A stretch of 64,000 nucleotides of DNA, taken from the IMG/VR virus record IMGVR_UViG_3300047323_000678; one strand, given 5' to 3'. This DNA comes from a virus (taxonomy: Duplodnaviria; Heunggongvirae; Uroviricota; Caudoviricetes). Of this stretch, positions 38,350 through 49,653 are shown in pieces. Below the pieces are notes generated by a model. The model saw nothing but the letters and a program-made list of their open reading frames with translations, was not told where the DNA came from and made no database searches. Each line of letters starts with the position of its first letter. Position 1 is the stretch's first letter. The position numbers and the translations under genes are program-made.

Positions 38350-38775
38350 ATGAAAAAACTGATTTGCATGTTCTTCATCATGATTTCGGTAGCAATTCCT
38401 AGTTTTGCAGATAATGAGTTTATGTCTCAAACAGCAGTAAATATTGTTAATTCAAGTATGCTTCAATCTGCAACGCAATCTAATAATGTCCAACCTGGTG
38501 TAAAAAATGTGCCTAAAAAAGAATGGACTTGGCAACGAATTAAAGATGAATGGAATGAAGCCCCAACTCGTGAGAAAATTGGTGGTGTTCTTACTATCAT
38601 CATTTTATTGTTGTTTTCAAAAATTTGGTTAGAGGCTGTGCTTCTTGTAGGAATGATTATTTGTGCAATTATCGCATGGGTTTTTATGGGAATCGGTAAC
38701 ATAATTTTAGGAACTTTACTTGGCATTGTATCAGTCATCAAACGAACTGCCATTTATCTAAGTAAAACATCTTAA
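38350..38775 (+). CDS. membrane protein with signal peptide
   Basis: 141 aa; N-terminus similar to 14083 ORF (TVNMINNTML versus AVNIVNSSML). Confidence 0.7.
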   Translation: MKKLICMFFIMISVAIPSFADNEFMSQTAVNIVNSSMLQSATQSNNVQPGVKNVPKKEWTWQRIKDEWNEAPTREKIGGVLTIIILLLFSKIWLEAVLLVGMIICAIIAWVFMGIGNIILGTLLGIVSVIKRTAIYLSKTS

Positions 38776-38878
38776 AAAAAGTATGCAATAAAAAGAAAAG
38801 CTCCTTCTGGAGCTTTTTTGTTATCTATTCATTTACTTTTAGCCCTAATACTTTATGATATATATATTGAGGATAAAT

Positions 38879-40102
38879 ATGAATACCAAAATAATAACAG
38901 AACATTTTGCTAAAAAAGAAGGAAATAGCGATGTTTTTTCATCAATAAAATTAGCATTACAATCTTATTTTGTAGCAGATATTTCTCAAGAAAATGCATT
39001 AAATGTTGTTAAAGAATTAAATGAAATATTGCAAATTTATCCATATCCTCTTGTAAGTGAACATGTTGGTGATGGAGAAATTCGGATTAGTTCTCCAGTT
39101 GAGGAAATGTATCATAAATTAAATACATTAATGTTATTATATCCTAAAGAAGAATATATTAAAGAGTATTTAGATAAGTTAATGGAAGTATATCAAAAAA
39201 CTGATGAATTTTATTATTATTCACAAGAGAAAGAAAATTTTTTTAAATATATATACGATTTTGAATCTTTTACAGAAATTCATGCAAATTTAATGGAGAA
39301 TTATTTTATAAAGAATAGTATTCCATTTCATCCAAGTTTATCTATTTTTAAGAAGTTTGAAATATTGGTAAATGAAGTTAACTTAAATCCTAAAAAATTT
39401 GAAAAATTACAAAATTTTTGGAAAGAAAACTCAAAAGCACTTACAACTTCATGTGACAATCCAAATAATTGGACAATTCCTGAATTGTATAAATCTTTAA
39501 CAACTAATCCAGAAATTATTGAAAATATAGATAAAGTAAATAATTTAATGATAATAGAAACAAGAATAAGAATTGCTAAAGGAATATTTCAAAATTTTTT
39601 AAATCATCCAGAAAACCAAGATGAATTATCTGATAAATTTCCATTGTTTTTTAAATTTGCATCTTGGATGAAACCAATTGATGTTAAAAAATTTTATTAT
39701 CAATTTGAGGAAAAACATATTGATATATTAGCTAAATATAAAAATAGAGCAGGTTATAAACAATATATTGAAAATAGCTTTAATATTAATATAGATGAAC
39801 ATAAAAATTATGGTTTACTTCTCCATAAATTAGCACAAAAGGCATCTCTATTTACGAAATTATTTGATACTCATGAAGAAAATAATAAACTGTTTGTTGA
39901 GTGTTATTCATTAAGTGATTTATTAAAAAAAATTAGACCAACAAAGTTAGATAATCGAACCTATGGTTTTAAAAATTACCAAGAAAAAAATGAACAATTT
40001 ATGAAATTTATTGCAAAATTAATAGTTGAAGCAGAGCATGATGAATTACAGAAATATTTACCAATAAATAATGGTGAGAACATCAAAAGAATAAAATTAT
40101 AA
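38879..40102 (+). CDS. hypothetical protein with basic tail
   Basis: GAGGA RBS before ATG 38879; ends HDELQKYLPINNGENIKRIKL. Confidence 0.75.
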   Translation: MNTKIITEHFAKKEGNSDVFSSIKLALQSYFVADISQENALNVVKELNEILQIYPYPLVSEHVGDGEIRISSPVEEMYHKLNTLMLLYPKEEYIKEYLDKLMEVYQKTDEFYYYSQEKENFFKYIYDFESFTEIHANLMENYFIKNSIPFHPSLSIFKKFEILVNEVNLNPKKFEKLQNFWKENSKALTTSCDNPNNWTIPELYKSLTTNPEIIENIDKVNNLMIIETRIRIAKGIFQNFLNHPENQDELSDKFPLFFKFASWMKPIDVKKFYYQFEEKHIDILAKYKNRAGYKQYIENSFNINIDEHKNYGLLLHKLAQKASLFTKLFDTHEENNKLFVECYSLSDLLKKIRPTKLDNRTYGFKNYQEKNEQFMKFIAKLIVEAEHDELQKYLPINNGENIKRIKL

Positions 40103-40116
40103 AAGGAAATTGTAAC

Positions 40117-40572
40117 TTAATTTATTTGGTTTAATGTTGCAAATAATCTTGGATAAATTGGCCAAAACCCAATAAATATAGTAAAAATGATAGTTTCCAA
40201 TATTTCTCTAAATGCAGAAAATTTTAACTCATAATTTCTAACATAAGTAATAACCATGCCAACTGTAACTCCTGAAGCACATAGTAAATAGGGAAATAAA
40301 ATTTCGTATGATGCTCTTGCATTATATCCTTTATAATAAAATAACCAACAAAGCATAAAGCAATATGATAAAGCACCAGTTGATACAATATTAGGTTTTA
40401 CTTTATACAAAAGCATAGACGAAATAGATAAGAGAATGAATGCAAAAATAAAGAAAGAAGAAATATTCTCATCCATTATTTTAAAATGTATTGCAATATA
40501 AATAGAAAATGAAATAAACAAATAAACCCATTCATATTTTCTATTTTTGATATTTAAGTTTTCTAGTAACAA
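40117..40572 (-). CDS. multi-pass membrane protein
   Basis: 151 aa, about 5 hydrophobic segments, GAGGTGG RBS before TTG. Confidence 0.65.
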   Translation of the reverse strand: MLLENLNIKNRKYEWVYLFISFSIYIAIHFKIMDENISSFFIFAFILLSISSMLLYKVKPNIVSTGALSYCFMLCWLFYYKGYNARASYEILFPYLLCASGVTVGMVITYVRNYELKFSAFREILETIIFTIFIGFWPIYPRLFATLNQIN

Positions 40573-40696
40573 GTTTCCACCTCAACAACATATTTCCTAA
40601 ACATAAAACTAATTATCAAATCTGTCAAAAATTGTTAAATGCATAATTAACAATTGACAACTACACTTTCTGCCACTTCTACCCACAATTTCACAC

Positions 40697-41578
40697 TCAT
40701 CCTTTATTATTAATCAAACAATTCATTATTTGTTTGGAAATTGAGTCAATAACAGGAACAGCAACAGAGTTTCCTAGTTGCTTCATTGCTTGGCTTTTAG
40801 ATACAGGAAAAACGAAGCTGTCAGGAAAACCTTGCATCTTTTTGGCAGTCTCAGGTGTAAGGCGAACTTCTTTACCATCAACAATATAACCATCCCAATT
40901 TCTTCGATCTGTAATTGGAGAACCTCTTCCACCCACTCTAAGAGTAAATCCGACTATTCTTGAACATGGTGCTTCAAAAATATCACTCATAGTTTTTCTC
41001 AGTTTTACAGGTTGAGGAAAATTAAATTGTATATTTTTATCTTTAAAGCCAACCATATAAAGTCTAGCACGATGTTGAGGGCAATTAAAATCACTAGCTT
41101 TAATAATTTTATGATAGAAAGAATATCCTAAATTTTCTAAAGTTTCTTTAATAACCTTAAAGGTTTTACCATTATCATGAGTGTAAAGATTTCTTACATT
41201 TTCTAAAAAGAAAGCATCAGGTTGTTTAACTTTAATAATCTCAGCAATATTAAAAAATAAAGTTCCACGAGTATCATTAAATCCTAATTTTTTTCCAGCC
41301 TGGGAGAAAGGCTGACATGGGAATCCAGCACAAAGCACATTAAAGTCAGGAATGTTACGAGGATTTATTTTTGTAATATCTTCATTTAAATCAAATCCTA
41401 AAATATTTTCACCAGGTTTTTTAAAATTTGAAATATAAGTTTTTCTCGCAAATTGGTCTTTTTCACTTGCAAATACACATTGGAATTTATTATTCGTCAT
41501 ACCTAAATGAAAACCACCTATGCCTGCAAACAAATCTATAAAAGTGAATTTATTATTCTTCTTCTTCTTATAATCCAT
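40697..41578 (-). CDS. dcm: DNA (cytosine-5) methyltransferase (orphan)
   Basis: DLFAGIGG, GFPCQPFS, LENV, PQHRAR, QLGNSV motifs. Confidence 0.95.
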   Translation of the reverse strand: MDYKKKKNNKFTFIDLFAGIGGFHLGMTNNKFQCVFASEKDQFARKTYISNFKKPGENILGFDLNEDITKINPRNIPDFNVLCAGFPCQPFSQAGKKLGFNDTRGTLFFNIAEIIKVKQPDAFFLENVRNLYTHDNGKTFKVIKETLENLGYSFYHKIIKASDFNCPQHRARLYMVGFKDKNIQFNFPQPVKLRKTMSDIFEAPCSRIVGFTLRVGGRGSPITDRRNWDGYIVDGKEVRLTPETAKKMQGFPDSFVFPVSKSQAMKQLGNSVAVPVIDSISKQIMNCLINNKG

Positions 41579-41708
41579 TGAATATCCTAATTTTCAACGA
41601 ATTATAAGAAAAAAACTTACAAAAACAATATAATTTAACAAAAAATCTATTGATTTTTTAATGTTATTAAGCGTATTGTATAAACTATTGTTTCACGAGG
41701 AAAAAGAA

Positions 41709-42695
41709 ATGAAGAATATAGTGGGGGTTTTAACATGTTTGGCAATCTCAAGCAGTGGTATCGCATTTGCTCAAAATTTCCACAAGCAGTTAGATGTGCC
41801 TTTAGTTGCAAATAATAAAAATAATATTGTAAAAGGTATGGAAAACCGTAATTTTGGAAGATTTATTGGAGAGTCTCAAAATCTAAAGATAGAAGTAAAT
41901 AAAATTAATCGACAGTATATAGAATATAGTGCACCAGATATAAATGAAGTTAAAGATTATAAAAATAAAGATTTAATGGTTGTTTTACATGGTGAAAAAA
42001 GTAGTGCTGAAAAAATGAAGAACCAAACTATTTTTGCAGATTTAGCAAAGGGTAATAATTTAGTACTAGTTTTTCCAGAAAGCTTAGAACATCTTTGGAA
42101 TGATGGAAGAGCAGGATATAATTCTGAAAGCGATGTTTTATTTATAAAGATTATTGTAGAAAAATATAAAAAGCTTGGCGTAAAAAGAGTAATGGTAACT
42201 GGTTTTTCAAGTGGAGCAATTTTAAGCTTACGCTTAGCTTGTGAAAACATACCTTCAATTACTTATTTTGGTGCAGTGGCTGGCTCTCTTTCTGCAAACA
42301 TGGATTGCAAATACAGTGCAGGAAAGAATATTTTAATAATGAATGGAACAGATGATAATTTTATCTTATGGGAAGGTGGAATTATTGCCAACAATGAAAA
42401 AGTAGCAGGTAGTGGTCGTTTATTGCCAGTAGAAGAAACAGTTGATATATTTTCTAAAAATAATAATTGTATTGCAAATAAATCTCAAACCATTGATATA
42501 AATTTTAACGATAGGTCATCTGTAGAAAAATATAATTATCAATGCAAAAAAGGAAGTGTTTTATTCTATAAAGTAGAGGGTGGCGGTCATACAATGCCAG
42601 GAGGAAGAGATAGAGCTACTTTGAGCAATATGATAGGAAATACTAATAGAGATATTTCTGCTGAAAGAGAACTAGTTGATTTTTTGAAAAAGTGA
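41709..42695 (+). CDS. exported alpha/beta hydrolase (LpqC / PHB-depolymerase-like esterase)
   Basis: VVLHG, WNDG, GFSSG nucleophile elbow, NGTDD, GGGHTMPG. Confidence 0.85.
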   Translation: MKNIVGVLTCLAISSSGIAFAQNFHKQLDVPLVANNKNNIVKGMENRNFGRFIGESQNLKIEVNKINRQYIEYSAPDINEVKDYKNKDLMVVLHGEKSSAEKMKNQTIFADLAKGNNLVLVFPESLEHLWNDGRAGYNSESDVLFIKIIVEKYKKLGVKRVMVTGFSSGAILSLRLACENIPSITYFGAVAGSLSANMDCKYSAGKNILIMNGTDDNFILWEGGIIANNEKVAGSGRLLPVEETVDIFSKNNNCIANKSQTIDINFNDRSSVEKYNYQCKKGSVLFYKVEGGGHTMPGGRDRATLSNMIGNTNRDISAERELVDFLKK

Positions 42696-42704
42696 GAATA
42701 ACAA

Positions 42705-42947
42705 ATGATTGACCCATTTATAGCATTATCAATATTTTTAGTAACTGGTTTAATGGATGCATTGCATGCTGTTTATACTAAAGCAATTGGAGATAATAAG
42801 CCAGCAATGGCAGCTACCTCTGGCTCGGTAATATATTTAATAAGTGCTTATGCTGTTATTCAATACACTCAGAATTGGTGGTATCTTTTATTTATGGTGG
42901 CAGGATCTTGGGTTGGCACTTACTTAACAGTTAAGTATAAAAAATGA
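42705..42947 (+). CDS. small three-TM membrane protein
   Basis: 80 aa, ends GSWVGTYLTVKYKK. Confidence 0.7.
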   Translation: MIDPFIALSIFLVTGLMDALHAVYTKAIGDNKPAMAATSGSVIYLISAYAVIQYTQNWWYLLFMVAGSWVGTYLTVKYKK

Positions 42948-42949
42948 AA

Positions 42950-43468
42950 TTAGTCCTCACTCTTTTTTTCGAGTGAGACTTTATTTTTTTGTTCTTTTGC
43001 AGCCTTTTTCTCCATTTTTTTCTGGACACGCTTAGTATATTTTTCGTCACTAGCTTTTCTTTTATTTTTTGAACCACAATCGGGAATATCACAACATTCA
43101 GCAAAATCACATAAATCGCTTGGAGAATCGCAAGGACTATCACAACTTGGCAAATCACAATGTGGAACATCACAACCACCACAATCTACAAAACCACCTT
43201 GTGAGCCAAATTTTGGATGAACAATTCTTTTATTTACAGGCTTCTGTATAAAATCTTTTTTTAGTTCTTCGCTAGAACATTTGCATTCTTCAAACCGTCT
43301 TTGTAAAAGTGAATAACCAGTTTTAAATCCAAAACGAGAAATTACTTTTTTCCCATATCCAGAACAACCAATTTCACCAGTAGCAACTCTATAAGCACAA
43401 TTGAAACCTTTATATGGACTAATGTATTTTTGGTAAAAATTAATTAGGAAAAGGGAAAGATTTTTCAT
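42950..43468 (-). CDS. yidD: membrane protein insertion efficiency factor YidD-like, with Cys-rich extension
   Basis: INFYQKYISPYKGFNCAY...CSGYG...I.RFG...RRF..C, then DCGGCDVPHCDLPSCD... Confidence 0.8.
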   Translation of the reverse strand: MKNLSLFLINFYQKYISPYKGFNCAYRVATGEIGCSGYGKKVISRFGFKTGYSLLQRRFEECKCSSEELKKDFIQKPVNKRIVHPKFGSQGGFVDCGGCDVPHCDLPSCDSPCDSPSDLCDFAECCDIPDCGSKNKRKASDEKYTKRVQKKMEKKAAKEQKNKVSLEKKSED

Positions 43469-43539
43469 TATATTTGCCATTAATGGATTTTATCTTAGAA
43501 TATTATTACAATATTCTTATTATTACCAGAAATTTTTTT

Positions 43540-43932
43540 ATGAATATAATTTTTAATGAGCAACCTAATATATCTTATTTTTTCAGCTTAGATGATCTTC
43601 AAGAGGAGTTAGAACAAGGTTATGCAATGCCTATTGAGTCATCAGGTAAAAAATCTGTATTAGTTTTTCAAAATGTTGATGATCATCGTGATGGAAATGG
43701 CTTGGCTGTTTTATGGTTGATAAAAGGCAAAGGAAGGTTTTATTTGGATAGCGAACCTATTGAAATGAAAGTTGGAGATGTTTTAATATTTAATGACAAA
43801 ATCGAACATGGTTTCGAATCCGACGAAGTTTGTGTAGCAATAAATGTTCTTTTAGAAAAAGAGTATAACTTAGATGAAGTTAAAGCATTAATCAAAGAAT
43901 TAAATAAACCACAAAGAAAAATTAAGCCTTAA
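43540..43932 (+). CDS. cupin domain protein
   Basis: DHRD...LWLIKGKG.F......MKVGDVLIF....EHG. Confidence 0.7.
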   Translation: MNIIFNEQPNISYFFSLDDLQEELEQGYAMPIESSGKKSVLVFQNVDDHRDGNGLAVLWLIKGKGRFYLDSEPIEMKVGDVLIFNDKIEHGFESDEVCVAINVLLEKEYNLDEVKALIKELNKPQRKIKP

Positions 43933-46559
43933 TTAGTTTTTAGCTTATTCTCATCAGATAATATAGGATATGCTAAAGTTCCATTAACTTTATATCTATA
44001 TTTAACAACTTCAGGAAGTGGAATAACTTTTTCTAAAATAGTGCCTCCAAGTAAAAATAAAGGATTAATTACAGAAGCTGCTGTAACAGCAGTAAAGACA
44101 ACACTATTCGTTAATTTAGGAGTAACTGTTAAGCCTAAATTTAATTTTTGCTCTTTAATATCAATATATCCAGTTAAATCAACATCTGAAATTTTTGATT
44201 TAATATCTAGTTTTCCAATATTTAGGTTTCCTTTATTCAAATATAAATTACCATTAATTTTGTCATAATTTAAATTATTATTAAATACATTACCAAATTG
44301 AAGTGAAGCTATATTAGGTATTGTTTGAAAACTTAAAAGATTAAGCAAAAAACCACCATTAGAATCCATTTTTGTAAACTCACCATTTTCACTATTTAAA
44401 TCAATTTTACCTTCACTATGATCAATAATTGAATTAACATTAAAATCTTTGATATCTATATTAATAGTTCCAGATGCTTTTAGATCAGCATTTCTAATCG
44501 TATCTTCTAAATGGTATCTTTCATTAAATTTTTGTAAATCATCAATTTTTAATGAAAAATTATTGTCAATTTTAGATTTTTCGCTATCTAACTGACTATT
44601 TATTTTTAATTCCGTTGAATCATTAACTAAGACAGTTTCAATATGGTAGTTATTTTCATCTTTTTTAATAGACTGTAGATTAATTGTGCCTACATCTATA
44701 CCATCAATATTAATATCATGTGCAAATAATTCCAATCTTTTCGGTAACATTATTTTTTGATTGTTTTCAGTATTATTACTGCAAAAAGAAATATTATTTT
44801 TAGAATTATCTTTAAAACTAAAATTAGCTTTTTGTATATTTAACTTTAAAGAGTCAAGATTGGTATCATAATTAAGAGAACCTGATAAATTAGGTATTTC
44901 AACATTACTAGAAATAATATTGTTTTTATAGTTACCATTTAAATGAAGTGAAGAAATAAAATATTCATCTTTCTGAATTTTATCAGCTTGAATATTAAAT
45001 GAATCCACAGCATTATTTGAAAATGCTATTTGTCCTTTAACATTGGAGGCTACATAATTAGAATTTGAATAACTAAAAGAAATATCGTTGCCTGCTACAT
45101 CAACTAAACCATTATAAGTATAAATATTATTTTTATGATCAAGTTTAAGATCAAGCTGTACTAAGTTTTGATCATTTAATAAATCAATATTGAAAGGAAC
45201 ATAGTACTGCTTCTTAATATGTGAAAAAATAGGTTTGTCAGTATTTAACTTAATATTTAAATCAAAGTTATGGTTTTCTAAATCATAGTTAAAAATACCA
45301 GTTTGCAGTTTCTGATTTAATTGTAGAGTATTAAGAGAAAGTTTAGAATTTTCTAAAGTTCCTTTAGCCTCCATTAAAACATCATCAACTTTAAGTGATG
45401 CATCTCCAACAACCTTATAACTTATGTGCCATTTATTCTGACTATCTGCTTTAAACACAACATTAAAAAATCCGTTTTTAATAATAGTTTGATTATATGG
45501 TTTAGGAATATCCAAGACACCTAAACGATTAAAATAATCCAAATCAACAATATTAAAATTAACTTTTATTTCTTTTTCTTTAGTATTTTCAATAAATTTA
45601 TTAGAGAATATACCATGATAATTTAATTGTTTTGATTGTATTGAAACATGCTTTATGTTTTTGAAGTTAGAATCGGCATTAATTGAAATTGTCTTAATAT
45701 TAAAAGGAACATTATTCACTTTAATATTATTAGTAAATTCTAGATTGAGTTTTTTATTTGAAAAATCATTCTTAACTTTAAGATTGTTTACTTTTATAGG
45801 CTTATTAAATAGATTAATTTTAAGATTATTAATTTCGCTTAAACCAGATAGTTCAACTTTATTATCATTAATTTTAATTCTTTCATTAACTTGAATTTCA
45901 CCATCATCCAAAATAAAATAGGGATTATCAAATAATTGATTGAATTGTTTTAATTCAATTTTATTTGAAGTGGTCAATATATCAGCATTAATTTTATTTA
46001 ACTTTAATGCTTTATAAAGATTAATAGTTCCTTTAGAGTGAAGTTGATTATCTTTATAATTCGCAATTGTATTAAAATATAAATATTCATCTATTTTTTC
46101 AAAAATAGTTTTATCAATAGTAAGGAAATCAGAGTAAGTAATTTTATCAATCTGAAGAGTTCTCATTCCTTTAATGTAATTTAAATAAATAGAATAATCT
46201 TCATTATTTTTTTCCTCAAAAATTAATTCTTTATTAGGTAAAATGTTTAAACTATCTATGTGAACACTTCTTACTAATTTATTAGGATTGAAGCCAAATA
46301 GGAAAGATTTACTTGGAACTACCTCAATATTATTGATATGTATAGAGCCATTTTTGTTTGTATATGTAGCTTCAGATAAAGTCAAATTTGTGAAAGATAA
46401 ATGGATTTTACCTAATTTAATATGCTGTTTAGTTTTTTTCTCAATAAAAGATTCTATTTTTTCTTTATTTTTATTAATAGAATAATTCACCAAATCATAC
46501 ATATAGACTGGTACTGAAAAAACACACAGTAATGTCAAAGTGTATAATCTAGTTTTCAT
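43929..46559 (-). CDS. YhdP / AsmA-like lipid-bridge protein (divergent)
   Basis: N-terminal TM, long beta-rich body, C-terminal LLNLLSFQ...YDKING...GYID....L...VTP.L...YKVNGTL.YP. Confidence 0.7.
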   Translation of the reverse strand: MKTRLYTLTLLCVFSVPVYMYDLVNYSINKNKEKIESFIEKKTKQHIKLGKIHLSFTNLTLSEATYTNKNGSIHINNIEVVPSKSFLFGFNPNKLVRSVHIDSLNILPNKELIFEEKNNEDYSIYLNYIKGMRTLQIDKITYSDFLTIDKTIFEKIDEYLYFNTIANYKDNQLHSKGTINLYKALKLNKINADILTTSNKIELKQFNQLFDNPYFILDDGEIQVNERIKINDNKVELSGLSEINNLKINLFNKPIKVNNLKVKNDFSNKKLNLEFTNNIKVNNVPFNIKTISINADSNFKNIKHVSIQSKQLNYHGIFSNKFIENTKEKEIKVNFNIVDLDYFNRLGVLDIPKPYNQTIIKNGFFNVVFKADSQNKWHISYKVVGDASLKVDDVLMEAKGTLENSKLSLNTLQLNQKLQTGIFNYDLENHNFDLNIKLNTDKPIFSHIKKQYYVPFNIDLLNDQNLVQLDLKLDHKNNIYTYNGLVDVAGNDISFSYSNSNYVASNVKGQIAFSNNAVDSFNIQADKIQKDEYFISSLHLNGNYKNNIISSNVEIPNLSGSLNYDTNLDSLKLNIQKANFSFKDNSKNNISFCSNNTENNQKIMLPKRLELFAHDINIDGIDVGTINLQSIKKDENNYHIETVLVNDSTELKINSQLDSEKSKIDNNFSLKIDDLQKFNERYHLEDTIRNADLKASGTINIDIKDFNVNSIIDHSEGKIDLNSENGEFTKMDSNGGFLLNLLSFQTIPNIASLQFGNVFNNNLNYDKINGNLYLNKGNLNIGKLDIKSKISDVDLTGYIDIKEQKLNLGLTVTPKLTNSVVFTAVTAASVINPLFLLGGTILEKVIPLPEVVKYRYKVNGTLAYPILSDENKLKTN

Positions 46560-46672
46560 GAAGATCCTTTAATTTAAAGCCGAATCATCATTATAAGAAA
46601 ATAAATTTGAAATAGTCAATTTCTAGTTTTTTAAATAATTTTTGTTATGATAATAGTATTGGAGATAAAAAT

Positions 46673-47771
46673 TATGGCTTTTGCACCGACTTATTCACCT
46701 ACAAATAATTTAAAAAGAATAAAATCAAGTGGTGAATTACTAGAAAAAATAGATGAAATGAGAGATATAGATATAACATCTTTAGTTGGATCTATAGATG
46801 ATGCCCCAATAAGAAAAGAAATTGCTGTTATTATGGGACAAGCTGAAAATAAAGCAGTATATTTAAATCAACAATTATTAAATGATATAGATAAAGAATT
46901 TTATAATAATATACAGCTTTATGGATTTATGGTTAACAATAAAATAGAAAAAAATTACTTTCCATTTTATGATTGGCTCAAATACATGAAAGAAGTAGAG
47001 GAGGAAAGCAATTTAAAATTAAATATGAAGTATCAAAATGTATTTGATATGATTTTAGATATTTCAGAAACAGATGTAAGTTTAGCCAAAGGTAATCTAG
47101 CTTATTACTTATCAAAATTACCAGGAAAAATTAAAAACTATAATACTTTTTTTCCTGAATTGGAAAAATTTATTAAAGAGAATTTTACTCAAGCAAGCTT
47201 TCTTGATATGTTATGTGGAGAAGATACTTATAATGTGCATAAAGGTTTAGTTGGTAATCATGTTCCTTTATCAGATAAATCAGAATTGATATATGCATAT
47301 GCAGTTTCAATTCCGAATAGTAGTTGGGCATTTAAAAATAAAGATTTTGATGGTGGGTTAAAAATAAGTTTTTCAACTTCTGACTATAACGAAATTTATG
47401 AAGAGTTTGCAAAAACAGAAGTTTGGAAAAGAATTAATGTTTCTCATGAATCTAGAAAAAAATTTGTGCAAGAAATTTTTAATGCAGATTTAAAAGAAAA
47501 CCCTTTCTATGAAGAATACCAACCAGTAACTGGATTCTTAGGTATTCGTGAAATTAAATGGGATAATTTAAAAGCCTTTGTTAATCACCTTGGAAAAGAT
47601 GATGTAGAGTTGGCTGAATTTATGATGGATGGAATTTTAAATAAAGTATTTGGAGATAAAAAAGAAAACTTTGCATCTCAAGCCTTACAAATTATCAATC
47701 TAGCTCTAGAAAAAGAATTGCAAAAAGATTTACCAGTAGCAGAATTAAAAGAAAAAAAGATGAAAATATGA
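46673..47771 (+). CDS. hypothetical protein with basic tail (start approximate)
   Basis: GGAG RBS before MAFAPTY; ends LEKELQKDLPVAELKEKKMKI. Confidence 0.7.
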
Positions 47772-48943
47772 AAAATGAAATTAATTTAATAGATGTTAAT
47801 TTATATAAGCAAAATCCAAAAATGTTGGAAGATGCAAGTTATTTAAGAAACAACTTAAAAGAATTACATGAAAGCGGATTAAGGTTTATGGATTTTCCGG
47901 AAAGTGTGAGAAGAAATCCTATTTTTGTAACTGAATATTTTTCAAAAATTGAAGCCACCAAAAAAGAATATAAATATATTCCTGAAGAATTATTAAAAGA
48001 TCAATTTTTTATTAGTGCATGTTTAATATTAAATCCTGACATTTATTTACTAGCAGATGTTAGCTGCCATACAGATTTTGCATTCAAAACACTTAAAAAA
48101 TATCAAACTGAAAAATATCTAAAATATGCTAGTGATTCTAACTTAAAAGATAAAGAATTTTGTAAAGAAGCATTAGGTGCAAATGTTGAGAATTTTCAAT
48201 ATATGCCAAAAGAATTTAGAGAAGATAAAGAACTAATTCTAAATAATTTATCAGAAAAATTTTATTATTCTAATAAATATGAACGCGCAGAACAAATAGT
48301 GAAATATATTCCTGAGCATGTTTTTGAAGACAGAAAATTTGTAATAGATATGTTAGATAAAAATATGGAAGTATTTAAGTTTTTGCCAACTAAATATAAA
48401 TCAGATTCAACTATTGCATATAATGTAATATGTAATGATTCATCCTTTTTTAGTTATGCTGATATAACATTAAAACAAAACAAAGAATTTGTTTTTAAAT
48501 TACTTGAATATGGTGAGCAAGCAAATAACAGATATTGGGCAAATAATAGAAAATTTTATAATACTCATATAATTGAAGAATTAGATGAAACTTATTTTAC
48601 AAGAGAATTTTGTGAAAAATATAGTTTATCTATAAGAAAAACTTATGAAAAAATGAATAAAAAAGTAAGAGGAAATTTAGAAATTGTAAGAGCAGTATAT
48701 TTATTTAATCTAGAAAATACAATTGATGGTGAATATTATCAAGCAAAATTTATAAATAAAATACCTAATGAACTTTTAGTTAGAGAAATAAAAGATTTTG
48801 TAGCAGCATCTAATTACAAAGATTTATATCAAGAAGTTGGACATACAAGATTAGTTAAATTAATTGAGACTTTTCAATTAAGAAAAGATTTAAATTCAGA
48901 GTTATCATCAAATACTCCAACTAGTAAAAAATTGAAATTATAA
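47768..48943 (+). CDS. DUF4116 repeat protein with basic tail
   Basis: Repeats like FQYMPKEFREDKELIL, YASDSNLKDKEFC; ends KKLKL. Confidence 0.75.
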   Translation: MKNEINLIDVNLYKQNPKMLEDASYLRNNLKELHESGLRFMDFPESVRRNPIFVTEYFSKIEATKKEYKYIPEELLKDQFFISACLILNPDIYLLADVSCHTDFAFKTLKKYQTEKYLKYASDSNLKDKEFCKEALGANVENFQYMPKEFREDKELILNNLSEKFYYSNKYERAEQIVKYIPEHVFEDRKFVIDMLDKNMEVFKFLPTKYKSDSTIAYNVICNDSSFFSYADITLKQNKEFVFKLLEYGEQANNRYWANNRKFYNTHIIEELDETYFTREFCEKYSLSIRKTYEKMNKKVRGNLEIVRAVYLFNLENTIDGEYYQAKFINKIPNELLVREIKDFVAASNYKDLYQEVGHTRLVKLIETFQLRKDLNSELSSNTPTSKKLKL

Positions 48944-49017
48944 ACAATTAGGGCAGTTTAATAGTAAAAAATAGAATCCCTTGTTAGGAGATTCTATTTT
49001 AAGTTAGTTAAATGGTT

Positions 49018-49653
49018 TTAATTTGGTATTGAAACAGCACCACTACGGGCTGCATAAAAAATCATAGCTTCCATAGCACGAATTTGTGTAACAGGATAGC
49101 CAAACCAAGCTTTTGCCCACTCTTGTGCGGATTCTTTAAGTTCAATTGATACTGCATCTAATCCAGTTTTGTATTCAAAATAACGCTGTTGAGCGATATG
49201 TGGATAAGCCATTCTTGAAGTCGTATTGGGCCAACACCATGATTCAGTATTTGAATCAGCAATCGGATAAATTTCAGGCTTGTAAAAATGGAGAAATTTT
49301 GATCCAGCTACCAAGGAATTACTTACAATTTGACAAGCAACAGGCACCAACTCAACAGGATTTGCTTGTTCATTTAATAAGTTAGGCAAAGATTCCAAAA
49401 GATTTGTTCTGAAACTACGAATAGGACTGCGCATCCATGAATAAACCGCACCTATTCCATTAACTACAGCCTCAAGATCCCAAGATTTTTCACGGCTATG
49501 GCGTTCAAATGTAGCCAAGAAAAATGGATAACTATATGTATAAAAGTCATTGGATTTGCTTTTGGGAAGAGGAGTATTGCGAATAAGTTGCTCAACAGAG
49601 GAGGTAATTTGAGAAGAATGTAAAAGATTTAGTGACATAAGAACTCCTGGCAA
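49018..49653 (-). CDS. hypothetical protein (SKFLHF..P..YPI.DS motif)
   Basis: About 205-211 aa ORF; AGGAG RBS favours ATG 49638. Confidence 0.7.
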   Translation of the reverse strand: MPGVLMSLNLLHSSQITSSVEQLIRNTPLPKSKSNDFYTYSYPFFLATFERHSREKSWDLEAVVNGIGAVYSWMRSPIRSFRTNLLESLPNLLNEQANPVELVPVACQIVSNSLVAGSKFLHFYKPEIYPIADSNTESWCWPNTTSRMAYPHIAQQRYFEYKTGLDAVSIELKESAQEWAKAWFGYPVTQIRAMEAMIFYAARSGAVSIPN

